Assembly: GCA_002698225.1 (NCBI GenBank)
Contig: NZWD01000040.1
Span: forward strand, 1-57,336
Origin: Methanobacteriota archaeon
GTDB lineage: Archaea; Thermoplasmatota; Poseidoniia; Poseidoniales; Thalassarchaeaceae
DNA length: 57,336 bases
Direction: 5' to 3'
Shown: piece after piece, positions 48,040 to 57,027 of the stretch
Numbering within the stretch: position 1 is the first letter of the stretch
Layout of the letters: the number at the start of each line of letters is the position of its first letter
The notes under the pieces: model-generated
Seen by the model: only the letters and a program-made list of their open reading frames with translations
Told to the model about the DNA's origin: nothing
Database searches by the model: none
Made by a program: the position numbers and the translations under genes

Positions 48040-48459
48040 ATGTTCAATGAATTTCTAAAATTCAACATTGTTGGAATTTTCAACTCTTCTTTCGCTTTGA
48101 TCCTTTATGAGGTCCTTTACTGGGTCGATCTTTGGCCCTCACACACTGCAGTAGCCGCTTGGGCTGTTTCAAGCGCAATAGGCAATGTAGAAGCCCACTT
48201 TATGCATTATAAATTCACATTCAATTCAACATTTTCCTATTTCAGAAGTCTGAATCGCGCATTTTGGACATATTCAGGCCAACTGGTAGTCACAACAATA
48301 TTTCATTATTTTATGGTTGAAGTTTTCCTCTTACATCATACATTAGCATGGTTCGTTAATACCTGTGTTTTTGGATACTTCAACTTTCTTCTGATTAGAT
48401 GGATTGCTTTTCCCCCTGAGCTCGACAAATCGTATCTAGGAAGATTGGCGGATGATTGA
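48040..48459 (+). CDS. GtrA-family membrane protein
   Basis: EFLKFNIVGIFNS, HFMHYKFTF, NFLLIRWIAF; about 4 TMs; start uncertain (ORF open from 47935). Confidence 0.75.
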   Translation: MFNEFLKFNIVGIFNSSFALILYEVLYWVDLWPSHTAVAAWAVSSAIGNVEAHFMHYKFTFNSTFSYFRSLNRAFWTYSGQLVVTTIFHYFMVEVFLLHHTLAWFVNTCVFGYFNFLLIRWIAFPPELDKSYLGRLADD

Positions 48460-48508
48460 GCCTCATGACCCGATACCATTCAAAACCCCGTCCCGACACG
48501 AGAGGGTC

Positions 48509-49918
48509 ATGAGGGACAGTAGCGGATGGAAGCCTACGGCCTATCGATCTCATACCATAGGTGATGTTACTTCGGGCGGCGCGGGGATGCTTGGCGAAGA
48601 GGTCACCATCTCTGGATACGCAGAAACAGTCCGGGGAAGAGGTGCAATCTGCTTCCTTATGCTGCGAGACGGAACTGGAAAGATTCAGGCATTCCTGAAA
48701 AGGGATAACATGGATGAATCGATTTTTGATGCAGTTCAGTCAGCAACGCGCGAATCGACTATACAAGTCAACGGCATTGTGGCTCAGAAGCGACCCCCTA
48801 AGGTTGCTGAAGGTGAACCTGCCCCTCCGCCAGAATACGAAATCAGCGTCACCTCAGCGGCTATTCTGGCTGAAGCCGCCACTCCTCTCCCAGTGGGAGT
48901 CACGGACGAAGTCAATGTCGGACTCGATGTCAGACTGGACAATCGCCATCTAGATGTCAGAAGAGAGCATGTGAATGCGATGTTTCAGCTTCGTAGCAAG
49001 GTTCTGCAATACGGGCGCGACTGTCTCATCTCCGAAGGCTTTCAGGAAATTAACACACCGAAAATAATCGCCGCTGCAGCTGAAGGCGGGACTAACCTAT
49101 TCCCAATGAAGTACTTCGAGACTGATGCGTACCTCTCGCAGAGTCCGCAGTTGTACAAGCAACTGGCAGTTCTAGGGGGGCTTGAAAGGGTCTTCGAAAT
49201 CGGCCCTGCCTTCAGAGCAGAGAAGCACGATACTTACAGGCATCTCAACGAATTCATCTCCTTCGACATCGAAGGTGCTTGGATGAATGACGAGGATGTA
49301 ATGGGCGTTCAAGAAAGAATGATTCACCACATCTGGAGTCAGGTCGCTGCCAATGACCAGGATCTTATCGGTGTGGTCAATGAGTACCGAGCCAGTCAAG
49401 GTCAAGATCCGATAACCGTAGAAGTCCCGAGTATCCCATTCCCGCGAATCCAGTACTGTGATGCTATCGAGATAGTCAGGGCAGGAGGAGAGGAGATTGA
49501 GTGGGGCGACGACATAGAGAGTCACCACTGTGACATCATTGCTGCAGAGTATCCGGGATTCCACTTCATACCCCGATGGCCGATGTCAATGAAGCCGTTC
49601 TACATCCACCACAAGGAGGAGGAGAAGGGTTCCTCGGGAGGACAGTTGAGCCGTGGGTTCGATCTTAATTATGGACGCGATGAGATGACTAGTGGCGGGC
49701 AGCGCGAGCATCGGGTCGATGTCCTCGAGCAGAACCTGCGAAATATGGGACTCGAGCCGGCTGATTTCACATTCTATACAGATGGTTTTCGCTACGGGGC
49801 GCCTCCGCACGCTGGATGGGGTTTGGGCGTGGCTAGACTGCTAATGGTGCTGACAGGAACAGGTAATGTCAGAGAAGTGGTCTTGTTCCCACGTGATAGA
49901 AGCCGAGTTACTCCCTAG
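48509..49918 (+). CDS. aspS: Aspartyl-tRNA synthetase (archaeal type)
   Basis: [69 protein letters not shown]. Confidence 0.96.
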   Translation: MRDSSGWKPTAYRSHTIGDVTSGGAGMLGEEVTISGYAETVRGRGAICFLMLRDGTGKIQAFLKRDNMDESIFDAVQSATRESTIQVNGIVAQKRPPKVAEGEPAPPPEYEISVTSAAILAEAATPLPVGVTDEVNVGLDVRLDNRHLDVRREHVNAMFQLRSKVLQYGRDCLISEGFQEINTPKIIAAAAEGGTNLFPMKYFETDAYLSQSPQLYKQLAVLGGLERVFEIGPAFRAEKHDTYRHLNEFISFDIEGAWMNDEDVMGVQERMIHHIWSQVAANDQDLIGVVNEYRASQGQDPITVEVPSIPFPRIQYCDAIEIVRAGGEEIEWGDDIESHHCDIIAAEYPGFHFIPRWPMSMKPFYIHHKEEEKGSSGGQLSRGFDLNYGRDEMTSGGQREHRVDVLEQNLRNMGLEPADFTFYTDGFRYGAPPHAGWGLGVARLLMVLTGTGNVREVVLFPRDRSRVTP

Positions 49919-49982
49919 GAAATCCCAGTTTCCTTAGATTGCTGAAACAGTAGTTAATACGGTGAATCGATTATCAAAGAAT

Positions 49983-50477
49983 ATGAAAACTCGTTCTCTG
50001 GCTTGCCTGATGTGTATATTACTAGCCATTGCAGGAACGGTAGTTGGAGATACTTCTATCCAAAACGAGGGCGAGGTAGTGGTTGTCAGTGTAGATAGTA
50101 CTAATCTCCGGTTCTCACCGGAAACAATTACTCTGACTGAGGGAGATTCTGTTCGATTCTTCTGGAGCGGGGAGCTTCTCGCACACAATGCTGTGGAGCG
50201 TAATGGGTTGTTTGATTCGGGAGAGCCAATGCGTAATGTAGACTATACTTACACTTTCGAGATTGGAGAGAATGGGACATACGAGTATGTCTGCGAACCT
50301 CACGAGGAGTTCGGAATGGTAGGGACGATAGTAGTGGAGCCTGCTCCGATCAATCAAGAAGAAGTAGAACTGCAGGAAACTCCGGCGGACAAGTCGCTAC
50401 CAGGGTTCGGCTTGTGGATGGCCTTTGCAGCACTTTCATTGGCAATCGTAATGTCATCTCGGAGCAACCGAAAATAA
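49983..50477 (+). CDS. Blue copper protein (plastocyanin/halocyanin-like) with PGF-CTERM-like anchor
   Basis: Signal peptide, FSPETITL, HNAV, YVCEPHEEFGMVG (His/Cys/His/Met ligands), C-terminal LPGF-TM-RSNRK. Confidence 0.88.
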   Translation: MKTRSLACLMCILLAIAGTVVGDTSIQNEGEVVVVSVDSTNLRFSPETITLTEGDSVRFFWSGELLAHNAVERNGLFDSGEPMRNVDYTYTFEIGENGTYEYVCEPHEEFGMVGTIVVEPAPINQEEVELQETPADKSLPGFGLWMAFAALSLAIVMSSRSNRK

Positions 50478-50510
50478 CGGGTATCTACGGCCCCTCCGCA
50501 GAGCGGGAAC

Positions 50511-51248
50511 ATGGCTAAGCCGAGATTCGCATACCTGCTCTTGAAGGAGCATCCATACGGTCGCGAGATGCTGCGCCAGATTCTCTCTGAGGGATTTGTC
50601 CCTACGATAGTGATTACAGAGGATTCGGCAATTGCAGATGAAGAGAGGGAGAAGTTCCTCAAACGCATTGAGGGGAATTCGATTGCGCCTACTATAGCGT
50701 CGCAATTGGCCGAATTAGCCGACTCAGGAGTCGAAGTCCCTCATATTGAGGTACCAATCCACAACTCTGAGCAGGTGATGCCACATATCACTGATATACC
50801 GCTGGATTTGATAGTCTTCGGAGGCACTAGAATCATACGAGGAGAAATCCTAGACCATCCCGAGGACGGGGTAATCAACTCTCACCCAGGGCTGCTTCCT
50901 GATTGCCGCGGCTCAGCCTCGCCCGCTTGGAGCGTTTACCATGATATCCCAATTGGCTCCTCCACTCATTTCTGTGACAATGGAATCGATACCGGGGAGT
51001 TGTTGCTAAGGAAGGAGGTTTCAGTAAAGAGAGGGATGACCTACGAAGACCTGTGCTACGAGACACTAGTGCTTGCAGGAGTTCTGATGAAGGAGGCTTT
51101 GATGGCTTACAAAGCCGGACAGTGGGAAGAGATGCGTAGACCACAAGGTGAAAGCGAGTACCCTACCTTCCGCAACGCGCCGGAGGAGGTGCTTGAGGTA
51201 GTGGACCAGAAACTCAGGGACCAGACTTACGCGCACTACAATGATTAG
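50511..51248 (+). CDS. Single-domain N10-formyl-THF-dependent formyltransferase-family protein
   Basis: INSHPGLLPDCRG, STHFCDNGIDTG. Confidence 0.85.
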   Translation: MAKPRFAYLLLKEHPYGREMLRQILSEGFVPTIVITEDSAIADEEREKFLKRIEGNSIAPTIASQLAELADSGVEVPHIEVPIHNSEQVMPHITDIPLDLIVFGGTRIIRGEILDHPEDGVINSHPGLLPDCRGSASPAWSVYHDIPIGSSTHFCDNGIDTGELLLRKEVSVKRGMTYEDLCYETLVLAGVLMKEALMAYKAGQWEEMRRPQGESEYPTFRNAPEEVLEVVDQKLRDQTYAHYND

Positions 51249-51256
51249 GTGATTAG

Positions 51257-52054
51257 ATGGAAGATTTACTCAACGATGGATTTCCTTTCGCAGAAGACTC
51301 GCTTGAAGGACAGACTGCCCTAGTTTGCGGCGCCTCGAAGGGCATAGGTCGTGCCTGTGCCCTGATGCTCGCTCGCGCGGGTGCGCGGGTAATCGCCTGC
51401 GCGCGCTCTCAGCGTAATCTCGACTCATTGATTTCTGAGATGCACGGGCAAGGACATGAGGCAATGATTCTTGATCTCGAGGATATCGATGCTGTAAGGC
51501 AGGCAGTCTCCTCGATGGGAGTCGTGCAAATCGTGGTTAACAACTCCGGGGGCCCTCCTGGGGGATCTCTGCTTGAGAATACTCTCGAGGACTTCGAGGG
51601 GCCGTTTCTCAGGCATCTCCATGCTGCTCACACCATAGTACAGATGCTCTCTCCGAGAATGAGGGAGGCGGGTAGCGGCAGGATAGTCAACATCATCTCG
51701 ACCTCAGTTCGCGAACCCATAGACAATATCGGACTGTCAAATACTCTGAGAGGAGCCATGGCGTCCTGGTCCAAGTCTCTATCTCGTGAACTGGACCCGT
51801 GTATAACCATCAACAACATACTCCCAGGATTCACCGATACTGACAGACTCGGCTCGTTGGCATCATCAATCTCGGAGAGAACTGGTAATTCAGTCGAGGA
51901 CATCACAGAGGGATGGCTTGGCGGAGTTCCAATACAGCGATTGGTCAATCCCCTAGAGACTGCTGTTGCAGTCACCTTCCTATGCCTACCTTCTAGCGGT
52001 GCTATTCGTGGAGTAAGTCTAGCTGTTGACGGCGGCAGGATGAGGTCAATCTGA
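51257..52054 (+). CDS. Short-chain dehydrogenase/reductase
   Basis: CGASKGIG, VNNSGGP, IISTSVREPI..IGLSNTLR, NNILPGFTDT, VDGG. Confidence 0.92.
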   Translation: MEDLLNDGFPFAEDSLEGQTALVCGASKGIGRACALMLARAGARVIACARSQRNLDSLISEMHGQGHEAMILDLEDIDAVRQAVSSMGVVQIVVNNSGGPPGGSLLENTLEDFEGPFLRHLHAAHTIVQMLSPRMREAGSGRIVNIISTSVREPIDNIGLSNTLRGAMASWSKSLSRELDPCITINNILPGFTDTDRLGSLASSISERTGNSVEDITEGWLGGVPIQRLVNPLETAVAVTFLCLPSSGAIRGVSLAVDGGRMRSI

Positions 52055-52060
52055 TTGGTG

Positions 52061-53308
52061 ATGCGCTTGCGCTTCGATGTCTTTTTCTCGATTTCCCAGA
52101 CACCCGACACCAGTGGTCGGACACCTAGTGAGAGCGAGATGTTCTCCAACTTCTTCAATCAAGTCGAGTTGGCTGATGAGCTGGGCTTCGGAGTAGGTTG
52201 GGTGGCTCAAGCGCACCTCTCGACGGAAGTCCAGAAGCGTAACTCCAAGCCGGTAGTTCCGCACTATCCAGGGGAGGTCGGGCTGTGCACCGACTTCTTC
52301 CAAGTCGCCAAAGAGATGTTTGCACGGACAAGTCATATGGATGTGGGCAGTGCTGTAATGTCGATTCTAGCCTCCGGTGGGCCGATAGCACAAGCTGAGA
52401 GAGTTGGTTCGTTCCTCGCACTGCATGGATTGGATCCAGAAGAGGTGCGCAGGCTGCATATCGGATTTTCCGCTGGACGTTTTGAATTCATGGCACGACC
52501 ATATGGAATCGTGCCACGCGATGCAGTAGAGGAAGCTGCATGGCCCGCCCTGCGGGGTCAGATATTCGCCGAGGCCTCAGAGATATTCCTCCGTCTACTC
52601 AAGGGTGAAGTAGTTTCGAGTGACATGATTCTTCCTACAGTTCTGAATAGAGATAGTTTCCGTTCCGACGAGGATTGGGAAAGAGTTCAGGGGGCTGCAA
52701 TATCGGAGCGAGGCCTGGGTTCAGCTCCTGACTCAATAGAGTTCGATTGTAGATATGAGTTTGAGGAGATTAAGACAATTCCTCAGCATTGGCGTAGAGA
52801 GCTTCTCAACCTCGTCCTAGGGAGTCATGATCCCGCCCTGCAGGTTGAGGTGAACAAGCATTTACCTGTACAGGTTTTCAACCTGAGCATAACTCCTCCT
52901 CACATAATAGAGCAGACACATCAAAGGATGTTCGAGAGCTACCATCCTGACGGTGGAGCTTGGCACCGAAGCATGATGCCGAGAACCATCATGGTGTTCG
53001 TAAACGACGAGGAGGGGCTCACTCCTGAACAGCAGGATGAGGCTGCAATGCAAGAGGCAAGGTCGGCCTTGGAGACATACTGGAAGGCTCTTGAGGGGAC
53101 GATAGACCCCTCAAAGATAGAGCGAGCAACCGACAATGCAGTGATTGGAAATGTACGGACAGTTAGCCGACAAATTTCCGAGAGATTCAATTCGGAGGAT
53201 CGTCTGATGTGCTGGTTCGACTTCTTTAACCACGATAGTGAGAGAGTGATGAGAAACATGACGGCATTCATGACTAAGGTCGCACCGCGGGTGAACGGGG
53301 GCGACTGA
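52061..53308 (+). CDS. Luciferase-like (LLM) flavin-dependent oxidoreductase
   Basis: QVELADELGFGVGWVAQAH, VGSAVM, PIAQAERV, RLHIGFSAG, AVIGN..V, FMTKVAP; ORF open from 52055. Confidence 0.8.
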   Translation: MRLRFDVFFSISQTPDTSGRTPSESEMFSNFFNQVELADELGFGVGWVAQAHLSTEVQKRNSKPVVPHYPGEVGLCTDFFQVAKEMFARTSHMDVGSAVMSILASGGPIAQAERVGSFLALHGLDPEEVRRLHIGFSAGRFEFMARPYGIVPRDAVEEAAWPALRGQIFAEASEIFLRLLKGEVVSSDMILPTVLNRDSFRSDEDWERVQGAAISERGLGSAPDSIEFDCRYEFEEIKTIPQHWRRELLNLVLGSHDPALQVEVNKHLPVQVFNLSITPPHIIEQTHQRMFESYHPDGGAWHRSMMPRTIMVFVNDEEGLTPEQQDEAAMQEARSALETYWKALEGTIDPSKIERATDNAVIGNVRTVSRQISERFNSEDRLMCWFDFFNHDSERVMRNMTAFMTKVAPRVNGGD

Positions 53309-53309
53309 G

Positions 53310-54494
53310 ATGAGCGAGGATGGTAACGACAGGCCCTCCAGCGTGGCTCCGGGCAGACCCGGTTCGGCAATCTACCCAACCAATCCACTTGGTGAGCAGT
53401 ACGACGGGATAGCTACTGGTCGCGATGTAGAGTGGGAACCTCTAGTTGATTTTCGTAGAATGGATGTCAGCGAGAACACCATACATGGTGCGATTGCTTG
53501 GGCCCATGGGACCGAGATAATCCACTCCTTCGGCGGTAATGTTCTTGTCTATGGACGATCGATGATGAAGCCACTGATGATGAAGACATTTAGGGAGGCT
53601 CTTGAAGAAGAGCAGCTTAGTAGCGAGCAGTTGGCCATATCTTGTTCATCTCATAATGGAGATACCGAACATGTCGCAGCAGCCCAATCGCTTCTCTCGG
53701 AGTCAGAGTGGGGACTGATGCAGTGTCCACTGGATGTTCCACTGATTCAGTTTGGCCGTCAAGTCAGACGCCCTCGCAGATGGTTTCACACCTGCTCAGG
53801 AGAACACGCTGCGATGCTCAAAGCCCTTCGCAGAATGGGAATCAATCGGGCTGGCTACACCTTGCCCAGTTCTCCTTGGTTCCCGATGTACCTAGATGTT
53901 CTCAGGAATATGCTCGGCGATGCGGACTGGGAGCCTCAGAGAGTTGCCAAGGACGGTTGCGGACTCCCCACAGTCTCCAACACTGTCGATGAGTTGGCGG
54001 TGCTGTTTGCAGGTCTGGCCCGCGAGAAGGACGATGATTGGATTTGGGGTGCGATGAATGACCACCCGGACCTGATTGGTGGGTTCAATCGCTTAGACTC
54101 GACCTGTCTGAAAGCGGGTGAAGGCAAGTTGCTCGCAAAGGAAGGGGCTGATGGTCTGCTCGGGCTCTCAATCATCCACCCGGACTGGCCAGAAGGGCTG
54201 GGCATAGTGATCAAGATTGCGCACGGCTGGAACAGCCAGGCTACCTGGTATGTGGCCCGGGCCGTTCTCGGAGTGTTGGGAATCCGCCTTAGGAACCCAT
54301 ATCCTCTGCATAGGCAGAAGGCGTTTATCGTCCCTAGAATCGTTCCTCCAAAGTACCTAGATGATCTAGAGAATGTGGTGACTTGGGATGAATGGGACCC
54401 CAATAGAGACAGGTTCTCTATCGACTGGAAGGAGTACTCTGAGGCGATGACTCGCTCTGATCCATTCTCAAATGAGGGAATGGAGGGTTCCTGA
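53310..54494 (+). CDS. Class 3 (Rhizobium-type) asparaginase-like protein, variant motif
   Basis: GRSMMKP, CSSHNG, TCSGEH (family usually NCSGKH), DGCGLP, HPDLIGG, AKEGADG. Confidence 0.82.
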   Translation: MSEDGNDRPSSVAPGRPGSAIYPTNPLGEQYDGIATGRDVEWEPLVDFRRMDVSENTIHGAIAWAHGTEIIHSFGGNVLVYGRSMMKPLMMKTFREALEEEQLSSEQLAISCSSHNGDTEHVAAAQSLLSESEWGLMQCPLDVPLIQFGRQVRRPRRWFHTCSGEHAAMLKALRRMGINRAGYTLPSSPWFPMYLDVLRNMLGDADWEPQRVAKDGCGLPTVSNTVDELAVLFAGLAREKDDDWIWGAMNDHPDLIGGFNRLDSTCLKAGEGKLLAKEGADGLLGLSIIHPDWPEGLGIVIKIAHGWNSQATWYVARAVLGVLGIRLRNPYPLHRQKAFIVPRIVPPKYLDDLENVVTWDEWDPNRDRFSIDWKEYSEAMTRSDPFSNEGMEGS

Positions 54495-55999
54495 TGGAAC
54501 CAGAGAAATGTTGCGAGTCGGGATGTATTCCCTGCGAGCGTGATCCTGATGGCAAGGAACCAATCGATTTGTGCAACTACATCGGAGGAGAGTTCGTCTG
54601 CCATTCCGGAAACGAGTGGAAGAATGTGCTTGAGCCGGCAACCGGGCATCGCTTCGCCAGAGTACCTCTGTCCACTCCACACGATGTTGATTCTGCCGTC
54701 AAGGCCGCCCGTGCCGCACAGCCTGCTTGGGGGGCTCTGAGTCAGTCCGAGAGGGTTGGTTGGTTGGACCGTATTGCTGATGCCCTCGAAGCCCGCTACG
54801 AGGACATTGCCTCCTTGGAGAGTCGTGACACTGGAAAGCCAATCTCACTTGCCAGAGCGGTCGATGCTCACCGATCTGTCGCCAACTTCCGATTCTTCGC
54901 AGATCTTCTGCGTGAGCAGGAGCAGGAGATTTTCGAGATGCCCGATGCTACCAACTTCGTGGTTCACAAGCCGGTGGGCATAGGAGCCCTAATCACTCCA
55001 TGGAACTTACCACTATACTTACTGTCTTGGAAGGTCGCACCCGCGATAGGGATGGGGAATTGTGTGGTCTGTAAACCCAGTGAACTCACACCGATGACAG
55101 CGAATCTACTGATGCAGGTAATCGATGATGTCGGACTACCGGCCGGAGTGGTAAACCTAGTTCATGGTGACGGAGTTGGAGCGGGGGCGCCCCTAGTTGC
55201 CAACTCGGATATCGATCTAGTCTCCTTTACCGGAGGAACAGACACCGGCGAGAAGGTGGCCGCATCTGCTGCACCCTCATTCAAGAAACTCAGTCTTGAA
55301 CTAGGAGGAAAAAATGCGAGCATTGTGTTTGCTGACTGTGAAATGGATTCGACGGTGGCCGGAGTGGTGAGAGCTGGCTTCCTCAATCAAGGGCAGGTCT
55401 GCCTGTGCGGCTCTCGCGTTCTGGTTGAGGACTCGATCTATGACGAGTTCAGAGACCGTTTCGTCGATGCTGTCGAAGTCATGCGGGTCGGAGATCCATC
55501 GGACGAAGATACTGATCTCGGGGCTCTGATTTCCAGTGAGCATATTGAGAAAGTTCGAGGGTACATCGAGCTTGCCAAGGAGGAAGGGGGGTCCCTACTC
55601 ACAGGAGGATTGCCCTGTGTGCCAACTGGTTTTGAGCATGGCAACTGGATGGCACCAACAGTCATTGAGGGGCTGAGCCCAGACTCACGATGCTCGACTG
55701 AGGAGATCTTCGGGCCCGTCGTGACGCTTCATCGGTTCAGCGGAGAGGACGAGGCCGTGGCAATCGCTAACAACACCCGCTACGGACTTGCAGGCAGCGT
55801 CTGGACCAGCGATCTCGAGCGGGGCAAGAGAGTCTCTGAGGCATTGGAGACTGGTATGGTTTGGGTCAACACATGGCTGCACAGAGATCTACGAGTGCCG
55901 TTTGGTGGAGTCAAGGATAGTGGAATCGGAAGAGAGGGGGGCAGATGGAGTCTGGGCTTCTTCTCTGAGGCCATGAATGTGTGTGTCAAACACGATTGA
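54494..55999 (+). CDS. Aldehyde dehydrogenase, 2-aminomuconate/2-hydroxymuconate semialdehyde dehydrogenase (ALDH8)-type
   Basis: PWNLPLYLLSWKVAPA, SLELGGKNA, NQGQVCLCGSR, EEIFGPV, WVNTWLHRDLRVPFGGVK. Confidence 0.88.
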   Translation: MEPEKCCESGCIPCERDPDGKEPIDLCNYIGGEFVCHSGNEWKNVLEPATGHRFARVPLSTPHDVDSAVKAARAAQPAWGALSQSERVGWLDRIADALEARYEDIASLESRDTGKPISLARAVDAHRSVANFRFFADLLREQEQEIFEMPDATNFVVHKPVGIGALITPWNLPLYLLSWKVAPAIGMGNCVVCKPSELTPMTANLLMQVIDDVGLPAGVVNLVHGDGVGAGAPLVANSDIDLVSFTGGTDTGEKVAASAAPSFKKLSLELGGKNASIVFADCEMDSTVAGVVRAGFLNQGQVCLCGSRVLVEDSIYDEFRDRFVDAVEVMRVGDPSDEDTDLGALISSEHIEKVRGYIELAKEEGGSLLTGGLPCVPTGFEHGNWMAPTVIEGLSPDSRCSTEEIFGPVVTLHRFSGEDEAVAIANNTRYGLAGSVWTSDLERGKRVSEALETGMVWVNTWLHRDLRVPFGGVKDSGIGREGGRWSLGFFSEAMNVCVKHD

Positions 56000-56042
56000 C
56001 TCAGCAACAGTCAAAGTCCGCTCTAGGCCGAGCGGAGACAAT

Positions 56043-57023
56043 ATGCCACCTGCAGGCATCGTGGGACTTGGGGCTTATGTCCCCCCCAATGTGATGACCA
56101 ATCATGACTGGGCTGAGATAGTCGAAACCAGTGACGAGTGGATTACCACGAAGACGGGGATTAAGGAGCGTAGAATCGCTGCAGAAGATGTTTGCACCAG
56201 TGACCTCGCTGTGATGGCCTGCAAGCAGGCCATGGATGATGCTGGTATCTCTCCTGAGGATGTTGACATGCTAATCCTCGCCACCTCTTCGCCCGATGTT
56301 CCTCTCTCTTCTACAGCAGGTATCGCGCAACACAAGTTGGGCTGCACCAATGCTGCCGCCTTCGATGTGAATGCGGTGTGCGCCGGCTGGGTGCACGCCC
56401 TCGACATAGGGGCGCGCTTCGTCGGCACCCCAGGATACGACAATGTGCTGGTCGTGGGTGCCGAGGTCTACAGCCGTATTCTCAACTGGGAGGATCGTAC
56501 CACATGCGTCCTCTTCGGCGACGGCGCCGGGGCAGCCGTCCTTCAGCAAGTAGGCGAGGGCAGGGGCCTACTAGGCAGTTGGATGATGTCCGACGGCGCC
56601 GGCGCTGGTGTCATCGAGATTCCGGCGGGTGGGGTCAGGAAGCCAATTCCATCCCCGGGATTCGAGGACGGCGACCAGTACTTCCACATGGATGGACCAG
56701 CGGTATGGGACTTCGCAACCGAAGCCTTTCCGCAAGCGGTCAGGGCTGTTCTCGACAGAACTGATAACTCGCTGGAAGATGTTTCGATGATTATCCCTCA
56801 TCAGGCCAACATCAACATCATCAAGACTGGGATGGAAAAGCTTGGCCTGCCGATGACAAAGACATTTACCAATCTACACAAGTATGGCAACACCGCTGGA
56901 GCCAGTGTGCCAATCGCCATGCGCGAGGCGATGGATGAGGGACTGATTGGAGAAGGTGACTTGGTAATCACCGCCGCCTTCGGTGGTGGCTTGGCATGGG
57001 GTGCTAACGCATTCATTCTGTGA
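56043..57023 (+). CDS. fabH: Beta-ketoacyl synthase III (FabH)
   Basis: TSDEWITTKTGIKERR, NAVCAG (Cys), DRTTCVLFGDGAGA, IPHQAN, YGNTAGASVP, FGGGLAWG; start at ATG 56043. Confidence 0.93.
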   Translation: MPPAGIVGLGAYVPPNVMTNHDWAEIVETSDEWITTKTGIKERRIAAEDVCTSDLAVMACKQAMDDAGISPEDVDMLILATSSPDVPLSSTAGIAQHKLGCTNAAAFDVNAVCAGWVHALDIGARFVGTPGYDNVLVVGAEVYSRILNWEDRTTCVLFGDGAGAAVLQQVGEGRGLLGSWMMSDGAGAGVIEIPAGGVRKPIPSPGFEDGDQYFHMDGPAVWDFATEAFPQAVRAVLDRTDNSLEDVSMIIPHQANINIIKTGMEKLGLPMTKTFTNLHKYGNTAGASVPIAMREAMDEGLIGEGDLVITAAFGGGLAWGANAFIL

Positions 57024-57027
57024 GCAT

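Noticed and set aside
53936..54682. 248-aa antisense ORF over the asparaginase-like and ALDH genes
   Set aside because: Antisense shadow with no recognisable domain; such ORFs occur throughout the window because of codon bias.
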